In this document: piece after piece, positions 45,023 through 55,596 of the stretch
How the letters are laid out: the number at the start of each line of letters is the position of its first letter
Position numbering within the stretch: the first letter of the stretch is position 1
NCBI GenBank assembly: GCA_021781575.1
Contig: JAJXWP010000013.1
Span: 21,257 to 85,256, forward strand
Length of the DNA stretch: 64,000 bases
Source of the DNA: Pseudomonadota bacterium
Lineage (GTDB): Bacteria > Pseudomonadota > Alphaproteobacteria > Rhodospirillales > Magnetospirillaceae
Direction of reading: 5' to 3'
Notes under the pieces: model-generated
Databases searched by the model: none
Told to the model about the DNA's origin: nothing
What the model saw: only the letters and a program-made list of their open reading frames with translations
Program-made: the position numbers and the translations under genes

Positions 45023-46885
45023 TCACGTATCGTCGCCCTGCCGCTTTGACGACCACAGGGCGTTAAAATAAGCAAACGTCTCGTCCGACAAATCCGCACC
45101 GGCCTGCTGTTCGGCCTGCCTCAGTTCGGCCACGAGCTCCTTCTGCGTATAAAGCTTGAAAACGTGTTCCCATAATTCGCGGACGGCCTCGACGGGGGCG
45201 TCGGGCTTGAGGTACGCACGTTGATCATGGGCATTGGCTTCCAGAAGGCAGTTCAATATCTGCGAAAAGCCGCATGAACGTAGGTGGCGCTGCACACCCT
45301 CGGAATCAAGGCTGCCCCAGCCATCGAGGTGCTTTAAGACTTCCTGACGAAGATTGTCAAGGGGCGAATCGGAGAAGTGGAGGTTGCCCAGACGCTCCGC
45401 CACCTCTTCCAACAGGGATGGATGGGCGATTAAGATCAGCAGGAGCACTCTCTCCTGGGTCTGCCATGCCGGCTGCGGAACCGGCGGAAGCCCGGCGCCC
45501 GGCAGGCGTCCGTCCGGCCCGCGATCGGTCGAACGGCGCCGCCCGAAGGCGCCCCGCGTCCCCGCCCGCGCATCCCCGCCGAGCGTCGCCTTGCCCCCCC
45601 GCGGCGGAGCCGAGCGCGGCGCTCGGAAGACCTCCCACAGCTGGGAGCGGAAATGGCGCCGGTACTGCTCCTTCACACCGGGGTCGGCAATCCGGCCCAC
45701 CATGTCCATCAGATCCCGTTCGAAGGCGGCCCGTCGTTCGGGCGTATCGGTCCGGTGATTGCCCAGCGCCTGGGTCCATAAGACCGTCGACAGGGAAACG
45801 GCCCGCCCAAGGACATCCTGCATGGCGGCGGTGCCGCCGGTCCGAATGAGGCTGTCAGGATCTTCGGGTGCCGGCACGGTGGCGAAGGACAGCGACAATC
45901 CCGGCTTCAGCAAGGGAAGCGCCCGCTCCGCCGCCTTGAAGGCGGCCCGTTGACCGGCCGCATCGCCATCCAGACAAATGATCGGTTCGGGCGCCAACCG
46001 CCACAGCAGCTCGATCTGCTGCTCGGTCAACGCCGTCCCCAGGGGCGCGACGGAATGAGCGAACCCGCCTCGGTGGAGAGCGATGACGTCCATGTAACCC
46101 TCGCAGACGATGATGCTCCCCGCCTTCGCCGCCGGCTCGCGCGCTTGCGCCAACCCATAGAGGACGCTCCCCTTGTGAAACAGCGGTGTGTCCGGAGAGT
46201 TCAAATATTTCGGCTGCCCATCGCCGAGTGTCCTCCCGCCGAAAGCGATAATCCGTCCGCGCCGGTCGGTGATCGGGAACATCACCCGGCCACGGAAACG
46301 GTCGTAGGTCTCGCCGCCTCCTTCGGGGGCGATCAACAGACCGGCTTCGACCGCCAAGTCCTCGGGGATCGAGGCCGCCTTCAAGGCACCCTTCAGCGCG
46401 CCGCGGCCGTCAGGCGAGAAGCCCAGACGGAACCGGCCGATGACCTGTTCGTCGAGCCCGCGCCGGCGGAGATAGTCGAGCGCCTCGCGGCCACCGGGGC
46501 TACGCAACTGATGCTCGAAGAATGCCGCCGCCACCTCCATGGCATCGTGCAGGGACGCGGCATGGCGGGCCCGGTCGCGCTCCTCGGGCGCCTGCGCCGG
46601 CACTTCGAGGCCGGCCTCCGCCGCAAGGCGTTCCACCGCCTCCGGGAAGCTCAGATGGTGCGTCTGCATCTCGAAGGAGATGAGGTCGCCATGCGCCCCG
46701 CAACCGAAGCAGTGATAGAACCCCTTGTCTTCGTTGACGGTAAAGCTGGGAGTCTTCTCGTTATGGAATGGGCACAGCCCGGAATGCTCCCGGCCCTTTT
46801 TGATCAGCCGCACCCGCCGCCCGATGACGGCGGCGAGGGACAGCCGCGAGCGCAGTTCGTCGAGGAACGACGGAGGAAAGGCCAT
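45023..46885 (-). CDS. dnaG: DNA primase
   Basis: 620 aa. Zinc finger CPFHNEKTPSFTVNEDKGFYHCFGCGAHGD, TOPRIM ..IVCEGYMDVIAL.. Confidence 0.95.
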   Translation of the reverse strand: MAFPPSFLDELRSRLSLAAVIGRRVRLIKKGREHSGLCPFHNEKTPSFTVNEDKGFYHCFGCGAHGDLISFEMQTHHLSFPEAVERLAAEAGLEVPAQAPEERDRARHAASLHDAMEVAAAFFEHQLRSPGGREALDYLRRRGLDEQVIGRFRLGFSPDGRGALKGALKAASIPEDLAVEAGLLIAPEGGGETYDRFRGRVMFPITDRRGRIIAFGGRTLGDGQPKYLNSPDTPLFHKGSVLYGLAQAREPAAKAGSIIVCEGYMDVIALHRGGFAHSVAPLGTALTEQQIELLWRLAPEPIICLDGDAAGQRAAFKAAERALPLLKPGLSLSFATVPAPEDPDSLIRTGGTAAMQDVLGRAVSLSTVLWTQALGNHRTDTPERRAAFERDLMDMVGRIADPGVKEQYRRHFRSQLWEVFRAPRSAPPRGGKATLGGDARAGTRGAFGRRRSTDRGPDGRLPGAGLPPVPQPAWQTQERVLLLILIAHPSLLEEVAERLGNLHFSDSPLDNLRQEVLKHLDGWGSLDSEGVQRHLRSCGFSQILNCLLEANAHDQRAYLKPDAPVEAVRELWEHVFKLYTQKELVAELRQAEQQAGADLSDETFAYFNALWSSKRQGDDT

Positions 46886-47341
46886 TTAGCCTAGCTGCTG
46901 CTTGACGACAGCGCTGGCCTTGGTGAAATCCATGCGCCCGGCGTAGCGCTCCTTCAATGCCGCCATGGTGCGCCCCATGTCCTTGAGGCCCTGCGCCCCG
47001 ATCTCGGCGATGATGTCCTTCACCGCCGCCAGGGTTTCCTCGGCCGAGAACTGCACCGGAAGGAAACGTTGGATGATGGTGATCTCTTCCGCCTCCTGCT
47101 GGGCCAGTTCGAGGCGGCCGCCCTGTTCGTACAGGGCAATGCTCTCGCGGCGCTGCTTGATCATCGACTGCAGCATCGAAAGAATCTCGTCGTCGCTGAT
47201 ACCTTCGGTCACGCCGCGCGGCCGGGCCGCGATGTCACGATCCTTGAGCGCAGCAAGGATCAGGCGCACCGTCGACACCGTGCGGGTGTCCTTGCCGAGC
47301 ATGGCCGCCTTCAATGCATCGTTGAGCTGTTGGCGCAACAT
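46886..47341 (-). CDS. GatB/YqeY domain protein
   Basis: 151 aa MLRQQLNDALKAAMLGKDTRTVSTVRLILAALKDRDI.. Its stop abuts the dnaG start. Confidence 0.9.
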   Translation of the reverse strand: MLRQQLNDALKAAMLGKDTRTVSTVRLILAALKDRDIAARPRGVTEGISDDEILSMLQSMIKQRRESIALYEQGGRLELAQQEAEEITIIQRFLPVQFSAEETLAAVKDIIAEIGAQGLKDMGRTMAALKERYAGRMDFTKASAVVKQQLG

Positions 47342-47420
47342 GACGCACCGCCTCTCCCCCAGATCGCCGGAAGCTTGGGAGGCTACAGCAAATCGCCCCC
47401 AAAAGCAAGTTTATAACCCC

Positions 47421-47450
47421 TTGAAAAACCATCATTTTTCAAAAAATGAT
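47421..47450. promoter_or_regulatory. Two overlapping AT-rich palindromes upstream of the carA promoter
   Basis: TTGAAAAA-ccatca-TTTTTCAA overlapping ATCATTTTT-ca-AAAAATGAT (ttgaaaaaccatcatttttcaaaaaatgat). Confidence 0.4.
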
Positions 47451-47457
47451 CGAACAC

Positions 47458-47486
47458 TTGACGGCTTTGCCCATTTTGCCTATTTA
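47458..47486 (+). promoter_or_regulatory. Sigma70-like promoter TTGACG-N17-TATTTA for carAB
   Basis: ttgacg(47458-63)-gctttgcccattttgcc-tattta(47481-86), about 118 nt upstream of the carA ATG. Confidence 0.45.
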
Positions 47487-47603
47487 CAGCCCAATTTGCC
47501 TGCACGCATGTGGCCTATCGACCGGCCGCCACGGGTGAGCTTGACCTTCGTGTCGGCTCGTCCGCGATTGCGCGCGGCCCATCGAACCATCAAGGGATCA
47601 CGC

Positions 47604-48794
47604 ATGACACAGGATTCGCCAGATGCCTTCGCCTTCAGCGCCCGCCCGCCGGGAGCCACGGCAGCGGTGGTGCTGGCCGACGGCACGGTCCTGTGGGGGC
47701 GTGGTGTCGGTGCGGCCGGCGCCGCGGTCGGCGAGGTGGTGTTCAACACCGCCATGACCGGCTATCAGGAGGTGCTGACCGACCCCAGTTATGCCGGGCA
47801 GATCATCACCTTCACCTTCCCTCATGTCGGCAATGTCGGGGCGAACGGCGAAGACGTGGAATGCCAAACCGCGGCGGCCCGCGGCGCCATCTTGCGGGCA
47901 GACATCACCGAACCGTCCAACTGGCGGTCCACCCGCCATTTGGACGCCTGGCTGAAAGCCAGCGGCATCGTCGGCGTGGCGGGAGTCGACACCCGGGCAC
48001 TCACCCGGCGGATCCGCGATGTCGGCGCGCCCAGCGGCACCATCGTCCACGCCCCGGATGGCGACTTCGACCTGCCCGCCCTCTGCCGCATGGCGCAGGA
48101 CTGGCCGGGCCTGATCGGCATGGACCTGGCCAAGGAGGTCACCTGTCGGCAGACCTACCGCTGGGATGAGACGTTGTGGCGCCTGGGCCGGGGCTTCGGC
48201 CACCAGGCCGAGCCGCGCTTTCACGTCGTTGCCGTCGACTACGGCGCCAAGCGCAACATTCTGCGCTGTCTGGCCGATTGCGGATGCCGCGTCACCGTCC
48301 TGCCGGCCACGGCGACCGCCGAGGAAGTCCTGGGACACCGGCCTGACGGGGTATTCCTGTCGAACGGCCCGGGCGATCCGGAAGCGACCGGGGAATACGC
48401 CGTGCCGATGATCCGGGGCATCCTCGCCGCTTCGGTGCCGTTGTTCGGCATCTGCCTCGGCCATCAGATGCTGGCGCTGGCATTGGGCGGAAAGACCCGC
48501 AAGATGGAGATCGGCCATCGCGGCGCCAACCACCCGGTGAAAGACCTGGCCACCGGCAAGGTCGAGATCACCAGCCAGAATCATGGCTTCGCCGTTGTCG
48601 AAGACAGCCTGCCGGCGGGCGTGACGGTGACCCACCGGTCGCTGTTCGACGGCTCGGTGGAAGGCCTCTCGGTCGAAGGCCGGCCGGTATTCTCGGTGCA
48701 ATACCATCCGGAAGCCAGCCCCGGACCGCAGGACAGCCATTACCTGTTCCAGCGGTTCGTCGGATTGATCGAGAGTCATAAGACCGGTGCATGA
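47604..48794 (+). CDS. carA: Carbamoyl-phosphate synthase small (glutaminase) subunit
   Basis: Internal Met of track ORF 46965..48794: MTQDSPDAFAFSARPPGATAAVVLADGTVLWGRGVGA..EVVFNTAMTGYQEVLTDPSYAGQI.. Catalytic ..GICLGHQ.. Confidence 0.95.
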   Translation: MTQDSPDAFAFSARPPGATAAVVLADGTVLWGRGVGAAGAAVGEVVFNTAMTGYQEVLTDPSYAGQIITFTFPHVGNVGANGEDVECQTAAARGAILRADITEPSNWRSTRHLDAWLKASGIVGVAGVDTRALTRRIRDVGAPSGTIVHAPDGDFDLPALCRMAQDWPGLIGMDLAKEVTCRQTYRWDETLWRLGRGFGHQAEPRFHVVAVDYGAKRNILRCLADCGCRVTVLPATATAEEVLGHRPDGVFLSNGPGDPEATGEYAVPMIRGILAASVPLFGICLGHQMLALALGGKTRKMEIGHRGANHPVKDLATGKVEITSQNHGFAVVEDSLPAGVTVTHRSLFDGSVEGLSVEGRPVFSVQYHPEASPGPQDSHYLFQRFVGLIESHKTGA

Positions 48795-48905
48795 CGAATA
48801 GGAACCGCCGGGACGCCGAGGCACGCCGAAGGTCAATTTCGGCGTCCTTGGTGTCTTGGCGCCTTGGTGGTTAAATTCCCAGCCGGGAAATCGGAAGATC
48901 GAGTA

Positions 48906-51900
48906 ATGCCCAAACGGACAGACCTTCATTCCATACTCATCATCGGCGCCGGGCCGATCGTCATCGGACAGGCCTGCGAATTCGACTATTCCGGCGTGCA
49001 GGCCTGCAAGGCACTGAAAGAGGAAGGTTACCGGGTTGTTCTGGTGAACTCCAACCCGGCCACCATCATGACCGACCCCGGCCTGGCCGACGCCACCTAT
49101 ATCGAACCGATCACACCGGAAACGGTCGCCAAGATCATCGAGAAGGAGCGCCCCGACGCCCTGCTGCCCACCATGGGCGGACAGACGGCGCTGAACACCG
49201 CCATGGCGTTGGCCGATGCCGGCGTGCTCGAAAAGTTCGGCGTCGAGATGATTGCCGCCAAGCGGGAAGTCATCGCCAAGGCCGAGGACCGCTTGCTGTT
49301 CCGCGAGGCGATGGACAAGATCGGCCTCGAATCGCCGCGCTCGCGGCTGGTGAAGAGCCTGGCCGAGGCACGCTCCGCCATGTCTTTCGTCGGCCTGCCG
49401 GCGATCATCCGGCCCAGCTTTACTCTGGCCGGCACCGGTGGTGGTATCGCCTACAATGTCGAGGAATTCGAGCAGATCGTCGCCGGCGGCCTGGCCGCCA
49501 GTCCGGTCCAAGAGGTGCTGGTCGAGGAGTCGGTGCTCGGCTGGAAGGAATACGAGATGGAAGTCGTGCGCGACAAGCACGACAACTGCATCATCATCTG
49601 TTCCATCGAAAACGTCGACCCCATGGGCGTGCATACCGGCGATTCGATCACCGTGGCCCCTGCCCTGACGCTGACCGACAAGGAATACCAGATCATGCGC
49701 AACGCCTCGCTGGCGGTGCTGCGCGAGATCGGCGTCGACACCGGCGGATCGAACGTCCAATTTGCCGTCAATCCCGAGGACGGCCGCATGGTCATCATCG
49801 AGATGAATCCGCGGGTGTCACGTTCCTCGGCACTGGCTTCGAAAGCCACCGGCTTCCCCATCGCCAAGGTGGCCGCCAAGCTGGCGGTGGGCTATACCCT
49901 GGACGAACTGCTGAACGACATCACCGGCGTCACCCCTGCCAGTTTCGAACCGACCATCGATTACGTGGTCACCAAGATTCCCCGCTTCACCTTTGAGAAA
50001 TTCCCCGGCACCGACCCCATGCTGACCACCTCGATGAAATCTGTCGGGGAAGCCATGAGCATCGGCCGCACCTTCCAGGAAAGCCTGCAAAAGGGCCTCC
50101 GCTCCATGGAAACCGGGCTGACCGGCCTCAACGAGGTGGAGATCGTCGGGGCGGATGGCGGCAAGAACAAGGATGCCGTCAAGGCCGCCCTGTCGCAGCC
50201 GCGCGCCGACCGCCTGCTGGTCATCGCCCAGGCCTTGCGCTTCGGACTGGCGGTGGAAGACGTGCGGTCCTGCTGCAGCTACGACCGCTGGTTCCTCGAG
50301 CAGATCAAGGGCATCGTCGATGCCGAGGCGGAAGTGCGCCGCCAAGGCCTGCCGATCGACGCGCCGGGCCTCCTGCGCCTGAAGAAGATGGGATTTTCCG
50401 ACGAGCGTCTGTCCGACCTGTCGGGAAAGACGCTGACCGAGGCGATGTTCCGCCGCGAGGTGCTGAACGTCAAGCCAGTGTTCAAGCGCATCGACACCTG
50501 TGCGGCCGAATTCCCCTCGCGCACGCCTTACATGTATTCCTGCTACGAAGGCGACGGCATCCAGCCGCCGGAATGCGAGGCCGAGCCCAGCGATCGCGAC
50601 AAGGTGATCATTCTGGGCGGTGGGCCCAACCGGATCGGCCAGGGCATCGAATTCGACTATTGCTGTGTCCATGCCGCCTATGCGCTGTCTGAGGCCGGCA
50701 AAGAAACCATCATGGTCAACTGCAATCCGGAGACCGTATCGACCGATTACGACACCTCGGACCGCCTGTATTTCGAGCCGCTGACCGCCGAGACGGTCAT
50801 CGACCTGGTGCGCCGCGAACAATCGAACGGCCGCGTCCTGGGAGTCATCGTGCAGTTCGGCGGGCAGACTCCGCTCAAGCTGGCGGCGGCATTGGAGAAA
50901 GCCGACATACCCATTCTCGGCACCTCGCCCGACGCCATCGACCTGGCCGAGGATCGCGAGCGTTTCCAGGTACTGCTGCGGAACCTGGGGCTGCGCCAGC
51001 CGGAAAACGGCACCGCGAGAACCCTGGAGGAGGCCTTGTTGGTGGCCGAACGCATCGGCTATCCGGTGGTTATTCGGCCATCCTATGTGCTGGGCGGTCG
51101 CGCCATGCGCATCGTCCACGACCATAACGGCCTCGAACGCTACATGAAGGACGCCGTCCTAGTCACCGGCACCAACCCGGTGCTGATCGACCGCTACCTG
51201 TCCGACGCCATCGAGGTGGATGTCGACTGCCTGGCCGACCGCCAGGACGTATTCGTCGCCGGCATCATGGAACATATCGAGGAAGCGGGCATCCATTCGG
51301 GTGATTCCGCCTGCTCGCTGCCGCCACACAGCCTGGCCCCGGCGACCATCGCCGAGATCAAGCGGCAGACGGCGCTGCTGGCGCGCTCGCTTGAGGTGGT
51401 CGGCCTGATGAACGTACAATTCGCCGTCAAGGACGGCGAAATCTACATTCTGGAAGTCAACCCGCGGGCCAGCCGAACCGTGCCCTTCGTCGCCAAGGCC
51501 ATCGGCGTGCCGATCGCCAAGATCGCCGCCCGGGTCATGGCAGGAGAACCCCTGTCGGGGTTCCATCTGACCGATCGGCCACTCAAGCATGTGGCGGTGA
51601 AAGAAGCGGTGTTCCCCTTCGCCCGGTTCCCCGGCGTCGACATCCTGCTTGGCCCGGAGATGAAGTCGACCGGCGAGGTCATGGGGATCGACACCGATTT
51701 TCGGCGGGCCTTCGCCAAATCCCAGTTGGGCAGCGGCACCCGCTTGCCGTTGGAAGGCACCGCCTTCCTCTCGGTGCGCGAGGCCGACAAGGGTGGGCTG
51801 GTCGAAGTGGCACGCCGCCTCGTCGGTTTCGGCTTCAAGCTGATCGCCACCAGCGGTACCGCGCAGTTCCTGCGAAGCCAGGGGATCGAGGTCGGTGTGG

Positions 51901-52157
51901 TCAACAAGGTCCTCGAGGGACGCCCCCATTGCGTCGACGCCATGCTGTCGGGCCAAGTCCAGCTGGTCGTCAACACCACCGAGGGCGCACAGGCAGTGGC
52001 CGACAGTTTTTCCATCCGGCGCACGGCGTTGACGCACAACATCCCGCATTACACGACGCTGGCCGGCGCGCGCGCGGCGGTTGGTGCGATCGAGGCGTTG
52101 AGGGGCGGTGCTCTTGATGTTGCACCCTTGCAGTCGTATTTTAGTGGCTCGTTCTAA
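48906..52157 (+). CDS. carB: Carbamoyl-phosphate synthase large subunit
   Basis: Start at [30 protein letters not shown] (ATG 48906). Duplicated ATP-grasp halves and an MGS-like C-terminus. Confidence 0.97.
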   Translation: MPKRTDLHSILIIGAGPIVIGQACEFDYSGVQACKALKEEGYRVVLVNSNPATIMTDPGLADATYIEPITPETVAKIIEKERPDALLPTMGGQTALNTAMALADAGVLEKFGVEMIAAKREVIAKAEDRLLFREAMDKIGLESPRSRLVKSLAEARSAMSFVGLPAIIRPSFTLAGTGGGIAYNVEEFEQIVAGGLAASPVQEVLVEESVLGWKEYEMEVVRDKHDNCIIICSIENVDPMGVHTGDSITVAPALTLTDKEYQIMRNASLAVLREIGVDTGGSNVQFAVNPEDGRMVIIEMNPRVSRSSALASKATGFPIAKVAAKLAVGYTLDELLNDITGVTPASFEPTIDYVVTKIPRFTFEKFPGTDPMLTTSMKSVGEAMSIGRTFQESLQKGLRSMETGLTGLNEVEIVGADGGKNKDAVKAALSQPRADRLLVIAQALRFGLAVEDVRSCCSYDRWFLEQIKGIVDAEAEVRRQGLPIDAPGLLRLKKMGFSDERLSDLSGKTLTEAMFRREVLNVKPVFKRIDTCAAEFPSRTPYMYSCYEGDGIQPPECEAEPSDRDKVIILGGGPNRIGQGIEFDYCCVHAAYALSEAGKETIMVNCNPETVSTDYDTSDRLYFEPLTAETVIDLVRREQSNGRVLGVIVQFGGQTPLKLAAALEKADIPILGTSPDAIDLAEDRERFQVLLRNLGLRQPENGTARTLEEALLVAERIGYPVVIRPSYVLGGRAMRIVHDHNGLERYMKDAVLVTGTNPVLIDRYLSDAIEVDVDCLADRQDVFVAGIMEHIEEAGIHSGDSACSLPPHSLAPATIAEIKRQTALLARSLEVVGLMNVQFAVKDGEIYILEVNPRASRTVPFVAKAIGVPIAKIAARVMAGEPLSGFHLTDRPLKHVAVKEAVFPFARFPGVDILLGPEMKSTGEVMGIDTDFRRAFAKSQLGSGTRLPLEGTAFLSVREADKGGLVEVARRLVGFGFKLIATSGTAQFLRSQGIEVGVVNKVLEGRPHCVDAMLSGQVQLVVNTTEGAQAVADSFSIRRTALTHNIPHYTTLAGARAAVGAIEALRGGALDVAPLQSYFSGSF

Positions 52158-52164
52158 AGTTGCT

Positions 52165-52202
52165 CGGCGGCCGGGGGACCTTGGCTGCGGCGCTGTTTTT
52201 TT
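52165..52202 (+). terminator. Imperfect GC hairpin followed by T7 run after carB
   Basis: cggcggccgggggaccttggctgcggcgctg + ttttttt (52196-52202). CGGCG/CGCUG pairs flank an inner imperfect stem. Confidence 0.45.
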
Positions 52203-52220
52203 GCTTTTCAGGAAGGCCGG

Positions 52221-52694
52221 ATGGAAAAGATCCCGATGACTCCGGGGGGGCTGACCTCCCTCGAGGACGAACTGAGAGTGTTGAAGTCGATTGAACGCCC
52301 CGCGGTCATCCGAGCCATCGCCGAAGCGAGGGAGCACGGCGATTTGTCGGAAAACGCCGAATATCACGCGGCGCGCGAACGCCAGAGCTTCATTGAAGGC
52401 CGCATCACCGAACTCGAGGACATCATCAGCCGGGCCCAGGTCATTGACGTCAGCCAGCTGTCAGGCGACATCGTGCGTTTTGGGGCGACGGTGACCCTGG
52501 CCGACGAGGACAGCGACGACGAGTCGATCTACCAGATCGTCGGAGCCCACGAAGCCGACATCCGCTCCGGTCGCCTGTCGGTGCATTCGCCGCTGGCGCG
52601 TGCCCTTATCGGCAAGCATATCGGCGATTCGGTGGAGGTAAGCACGCCGGGTGGGTCGAAATCCTACGAGATTGTCGACGTCCGCTTCAGTTGA
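52221..52694 (+). CDS. greA: Transcription elongation factor GreA
   Basis: 157 aa [57 protein letters not shown].. Confidence 0.95.
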   Translation: MEKIPMTPGGLTSLEDELRVLKSIERPAVIRAIAEAREHGDLSENAEYHAARERQSFIEGRITELEDIISRAQVIDVSQLSGDIVRFGATVTLADEDSDDESIYQIVGAHEADIRSGRLSVHSPLARALIGKHIGDSVEVSTPGGSKSYEIVDVRFS

Positions 52695-52709
52695 AGCGTC
52701 TATCGATAC

Positions 52710-52730
52710 GGCCGCCCGATAAGGGCGGCC
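52710..52730 (+). terminator. 8-bp GC stem-loop after greA
   Basis: ggccgccc-gataa-gggcggcc, in the greA/ndk convergent spacer. Confidence 0.45.
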
Positions 52731-52768
52731 TACCCAGGGCGAGGGACCATGTTTCCTTGTCCTGAGGA

Positions 52769-52785
52769 GCGGCGCTTAGCGCCGC
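52769..52785 (-). terminator. 7-bp GC stem-loop after ndk
   Basis: gcggcgc-tta-gcgccgc, 25 nt downstream of the ndk stop. Confidence 0.4.
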
Positions 52786-52810
52786 GTCTCGAAGGATGAA
52801 TTCGCCCTCG

Positions 52811-53233
52811 TTACCCGACGATTTCGGTCTCGGCGAAGAAGAAGGCGATTTCCTTGGCGGCGTTTTCCAGGGAATCGGAGCCATGTACCGAGTTGGCTTC
52901 CACCGATTCGGCAAAGTCGGCACGGATGGTGCCCGGCGCCGCATTGGCCGGATTGGTGGCGCCCATGATCTCACGGTTGCGGGCGACAGCGTTTTCGCCT
53001 TCCAGAACCTGCACCACCACCGGATTGGAGGTCATGAATTCGCAGAGATCGTTGAAGAACGACCGCTCGGCATGGACGGCGTAGAATTTCTTGGCCTGGT
53101 CCTTGGTCAGCTGCAGGCGCTTCTGCGCAACGATGCGAAGACCGGCATCCTCGAACCGGGCGTTGATCTTGCCCGTAAGGTTGCGGCGCGTGGCGTCGGG
53201 CTTGATGATCGACAGAGTGCGCTCAATAGCCAT
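52811..53233 (-). CDS. ndk: Nucleoside-diphosphate kinase
   Basis: Internal Met of track ORF 52811..53545(-): [28 protein letters not shown].. Active-site NSVHGSDS (140 aa). Confidence 0.96.
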   Translation of the reverse strand: MAIERTLSIIKPDATRRNLTGKINARFEDAGLRIVAQKRLQLTKDQAKKFYAVHAERSFFNDLCEFMTSNPVVVQVLEGENAVARNREIMGATNPANAAPGTIRADFAESVEANSVHGSDSLENAAKEIAFFFAETEIVG

Positions 53234-53411
53234 TGTCGTTATGTCCTCGTCTGAATCGGGCGCGGTCTTCCCCCAAAGGGCGCACCCATTTTTCCCTCTC
53301 GACCGCTCCCCGGCCGAAGACCGCGGTTTATACCGTCTTGCCGCAGTGCTGGCAACGGACAGCTTTGTAAATATTGTTGAACCCCGACAGGCGTGATATC
53401 TGCCTCCTTCC

Positions 53412-55298
53412 ATGCTGCACATCAACGATCTCACCTTCCGCATCGGTGGGCGGACGCTGTTCGACGGCGCTACCGTCCATGTCGCCGCCAGCCAGCGGGT
53501 CGGACTGGTCGGCCGCAACGGCGCCGGCAAATCAACCCTGTTCAAGCTGATCCTAGGCGAACTTCACGCCGACGGTGGCAGCGTTTTAGTACGGCCGCGG
53601 GCAACCGTGGGCCGCGTCGCGCAGGAGATCCCCGAGGGCGAGGCAAGCCTGATCGACTGCGTGCTGGCCCACGATCCGGAGCGTACCGCGCTGCTGGCCG
53701 AAGCCGAGGCCAGCAGCGACGGCCATCGACTGGCCGAACTGCACGAGCGGATGGCTGCCATCGATGCCCATTCCGCTCCAGCCCGCGCCGCCGCCATCCT
53801 GGCCGGACTAGGGTTCGACGCCGAGGCTCAGGCGCGGCCGCTCGGTAGTTTTTCAGGTGGCTGGCGAATGCGGGTGGCCTTGGCCGGCGCCCTGTTCGCC
53901 CGCCCCGACCTGTTGCTGCTCGACGAACCGACCAACCATCTGGACCTCGAGGCGACCCTATGGCTGGAAAGCTATCTGGCCACCTATCCCGGGACGTTGA
54001 TCGTCATCAGTCATGACCGCGAGCTGTTGAACGCGGTGGCCGACCGCATTGTTCATATCGATCAGGGAAAGCTGGTGGCCTATGGCGGCAACTACGACCG
54101 CTTCGCGCAGGTCCGCCGCGAGAAGATGGAATTGGCCGCCAAGGCGGCGGCGAAACAACTGGATCAGCGGCGCAAGCTGCAGGCCTTCATCGATCGCTTT
54201 CGTGCCAAGGCGACCAAGGCGGCGCAGGCGCAAAGTCGGATCAAGATGCTGGAACGCCTGGGTCCGCCTATCTCGATCATCGAAGACCGGCCGATCAGCT
54301 TCGATTTTCCCGACCCCGAGCCATTGTCTCCGCCGGTCGTGGCCATCGAGCGGGGGCAGGCCGGCTATGCTCCCGGCAAGGCAATCTTGCGCAACCTGTC
54401 CTTGCGCATCGACATGGACGACCGCATCGCCCTGCTGGGCGCCAACGGCAATGGCAAATCGACCCTGGCCAAGGTACTGGCGGGGCGACTGTCGCTGCTG
54501 GATGGCACGCTGCAGCGCTCGCCCAAGCTGCGCATCGGCTACTTCGCCCAGCACCAGACCGAGGAACTGAACCCGCGGGCCAGCGCTTTCGCCCATATGC
54601 AGGAGCTGATGCCGTTGGCCCCGGAAGCCAAGGTCCGAGCGCAGCTCGGGCGATTCGGCTTCTCCCAGGAGCGGGCCGACGTCGCCGTCGAGAACCTGTC
54701 CGGCGGCGAAAAGGCCCGGCTGCTGTTCGCCTGCATGAGCCGCGACGCGCCCCATCTGATGATCCTCGACGAGCCGACCAACCACCTCGACATCGACAGC
54801 CGCGAGGCGCTGGTATCGGCACTCAACGCCTATGACGGGGCGGTCGTCCTGATCAGCCACGATCCGCACCTCATCGAACTGGCCGCCGATCGCCTGTGGC
54901 TGGTCGCAGGGGGCCAGGTCAAGCCGTTCGACGGTGACCTCGATGCCTACAAGCGGCTTCTCCTCGACCAGGCGCGCGAAAGCCGCCGCGACGGCCGCGA
55001 TGCCCGACCGGCGGGGCCAAACCGCAAGGACGAGCGGCGGGCCGCAGCCGAACTGCGCACGCAACTGGCGCCGCTGCGCAAGGTCGTGCAGGATGCGGAA
55101 AAGCTGGTGGAAAACCTGGGTCGGAAGAAGGCAAGCCTGCAAGCCCAACTGGCCGAACCGACTCTCTATGCCGGCCCGCCCGACAAGGTGGCCGCCATCC
55201 AGCGGGAACTGGGAGAAGCGGAAAAAGCACTGGCCTCCGCCGAGGAGGCCTGGTTCGCCGCCCACGAAGCGCTGGAAGATGCACAAGGCGCACAATAG
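53412..55298 (+). CDS. ABC-F family ATPase with C-terminal coiled-coil (Uup-like)
   Basis: 628 aa. Two ABC cassettes ([18 protein letters not shown]; [16 protein letters not shown]) and a charged helical tail. Confidence 0.92.
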   Translation: MLHINDLTFRIGGRTLFDGATVHVAASQRVGLVGRNGAGKSTLFKLILGELHADGGSVLVRPRATVGRVAQEIPEGEASLIDCVLAHDPERTALLAEAEASSDGHRLAELHERMAAIDAHSAPARAAAILAGLGFDAEAQARPLGSFSGGWRMRVALAGALFARPDLLLLDEPTNHLDLEATLWLESYLATYPGTLIVISHDRELLNAVADRIVHIDQGKLVAYGGNYDRFAQVRREKMELAAKAAAKQLDQRRKLQAFIDRFRAKATKAAQAQSRIKMLERLGPPISIIEDRPISFDFPDPEPLSPPVVAIERGQAGYAPGKAILRNLSLRIDMDDRIALLGANGNGKSTLAKVLAGRLSLLDGTLQRSPKLRIGYFAQHQTEELNPRASAFAHMQELMPLAPEAKVRAQLGRFGFSQERADVAVENLSGGEKARLLFACMSRDAPHLMILDEPTNHLDIDSREALVSALNAYDGAVVLISHDPHLIELAADRLWLVAGGQVKPFDGDLDAYKRLLLDQARESRRDGRDARPAGPNRKDERRAAAELRTQLAPLRKVVQDAEKLVENLGRKKASLQAQLAEPTLYAGPPDKVAAIQRELGEAEKALASAEEAWFAAHEALEDAQGAQ

Positions 55299-55300
55299 GT

Positions 55301-55331
55301 GGCAACGCCGAGGCCAGTCCTCGGCGCTGCC
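55301..55331. terminator. 12-bp stem-loop between the convergent ABC-F gene and csbD
   Basis: ggca-a-cgccgagg-ccagt-cctcggcg-c-tgcc (one internal mismatch). Confidence 0.5.
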
Positions 55332-55339
55332 ACGCGTCA

Positions 55340-55540
55340 TCAATGCATAGTGCCGAGCCAGTCGGAGACCTGGCGTTCCGCCTCGTCCCGGGCGATTCCG
55401 TAGCGTTCCTGAATCCGCCCGACCAATTGGTCACGGTTACCTTCCAGGCGTGCGACCTCGTCCTCGGTCAAATCACCCCATTTCTCCCGCACCTTGCCCT
55501 TGAACTGCTGCCAGTTACCCGATACCTGATCCCAGTTCAT
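55340..55540 (-). CDS. CsbD-family stress protein
   Basis: 66 aa MNWDQVSGNWQQFKGKVREKWGDLTEDEVARLEGNRDQLVGRIQERYG.. AGGAAGGAG lies upstream. Confidence 0.85.
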   Translation of the reverse strand: MNWDQVSGNWQQFKGKVREKWGDLTEDEVARLEGNRDQLVGRIQERYGIARDEAERQVSDWLGTMH

Positions 55541-55596
55541 TCTCTTCTCCTTCCTGTCGGTACGAGAGAAAAACAGGGAGCGGCCGGCCGTCGTTC

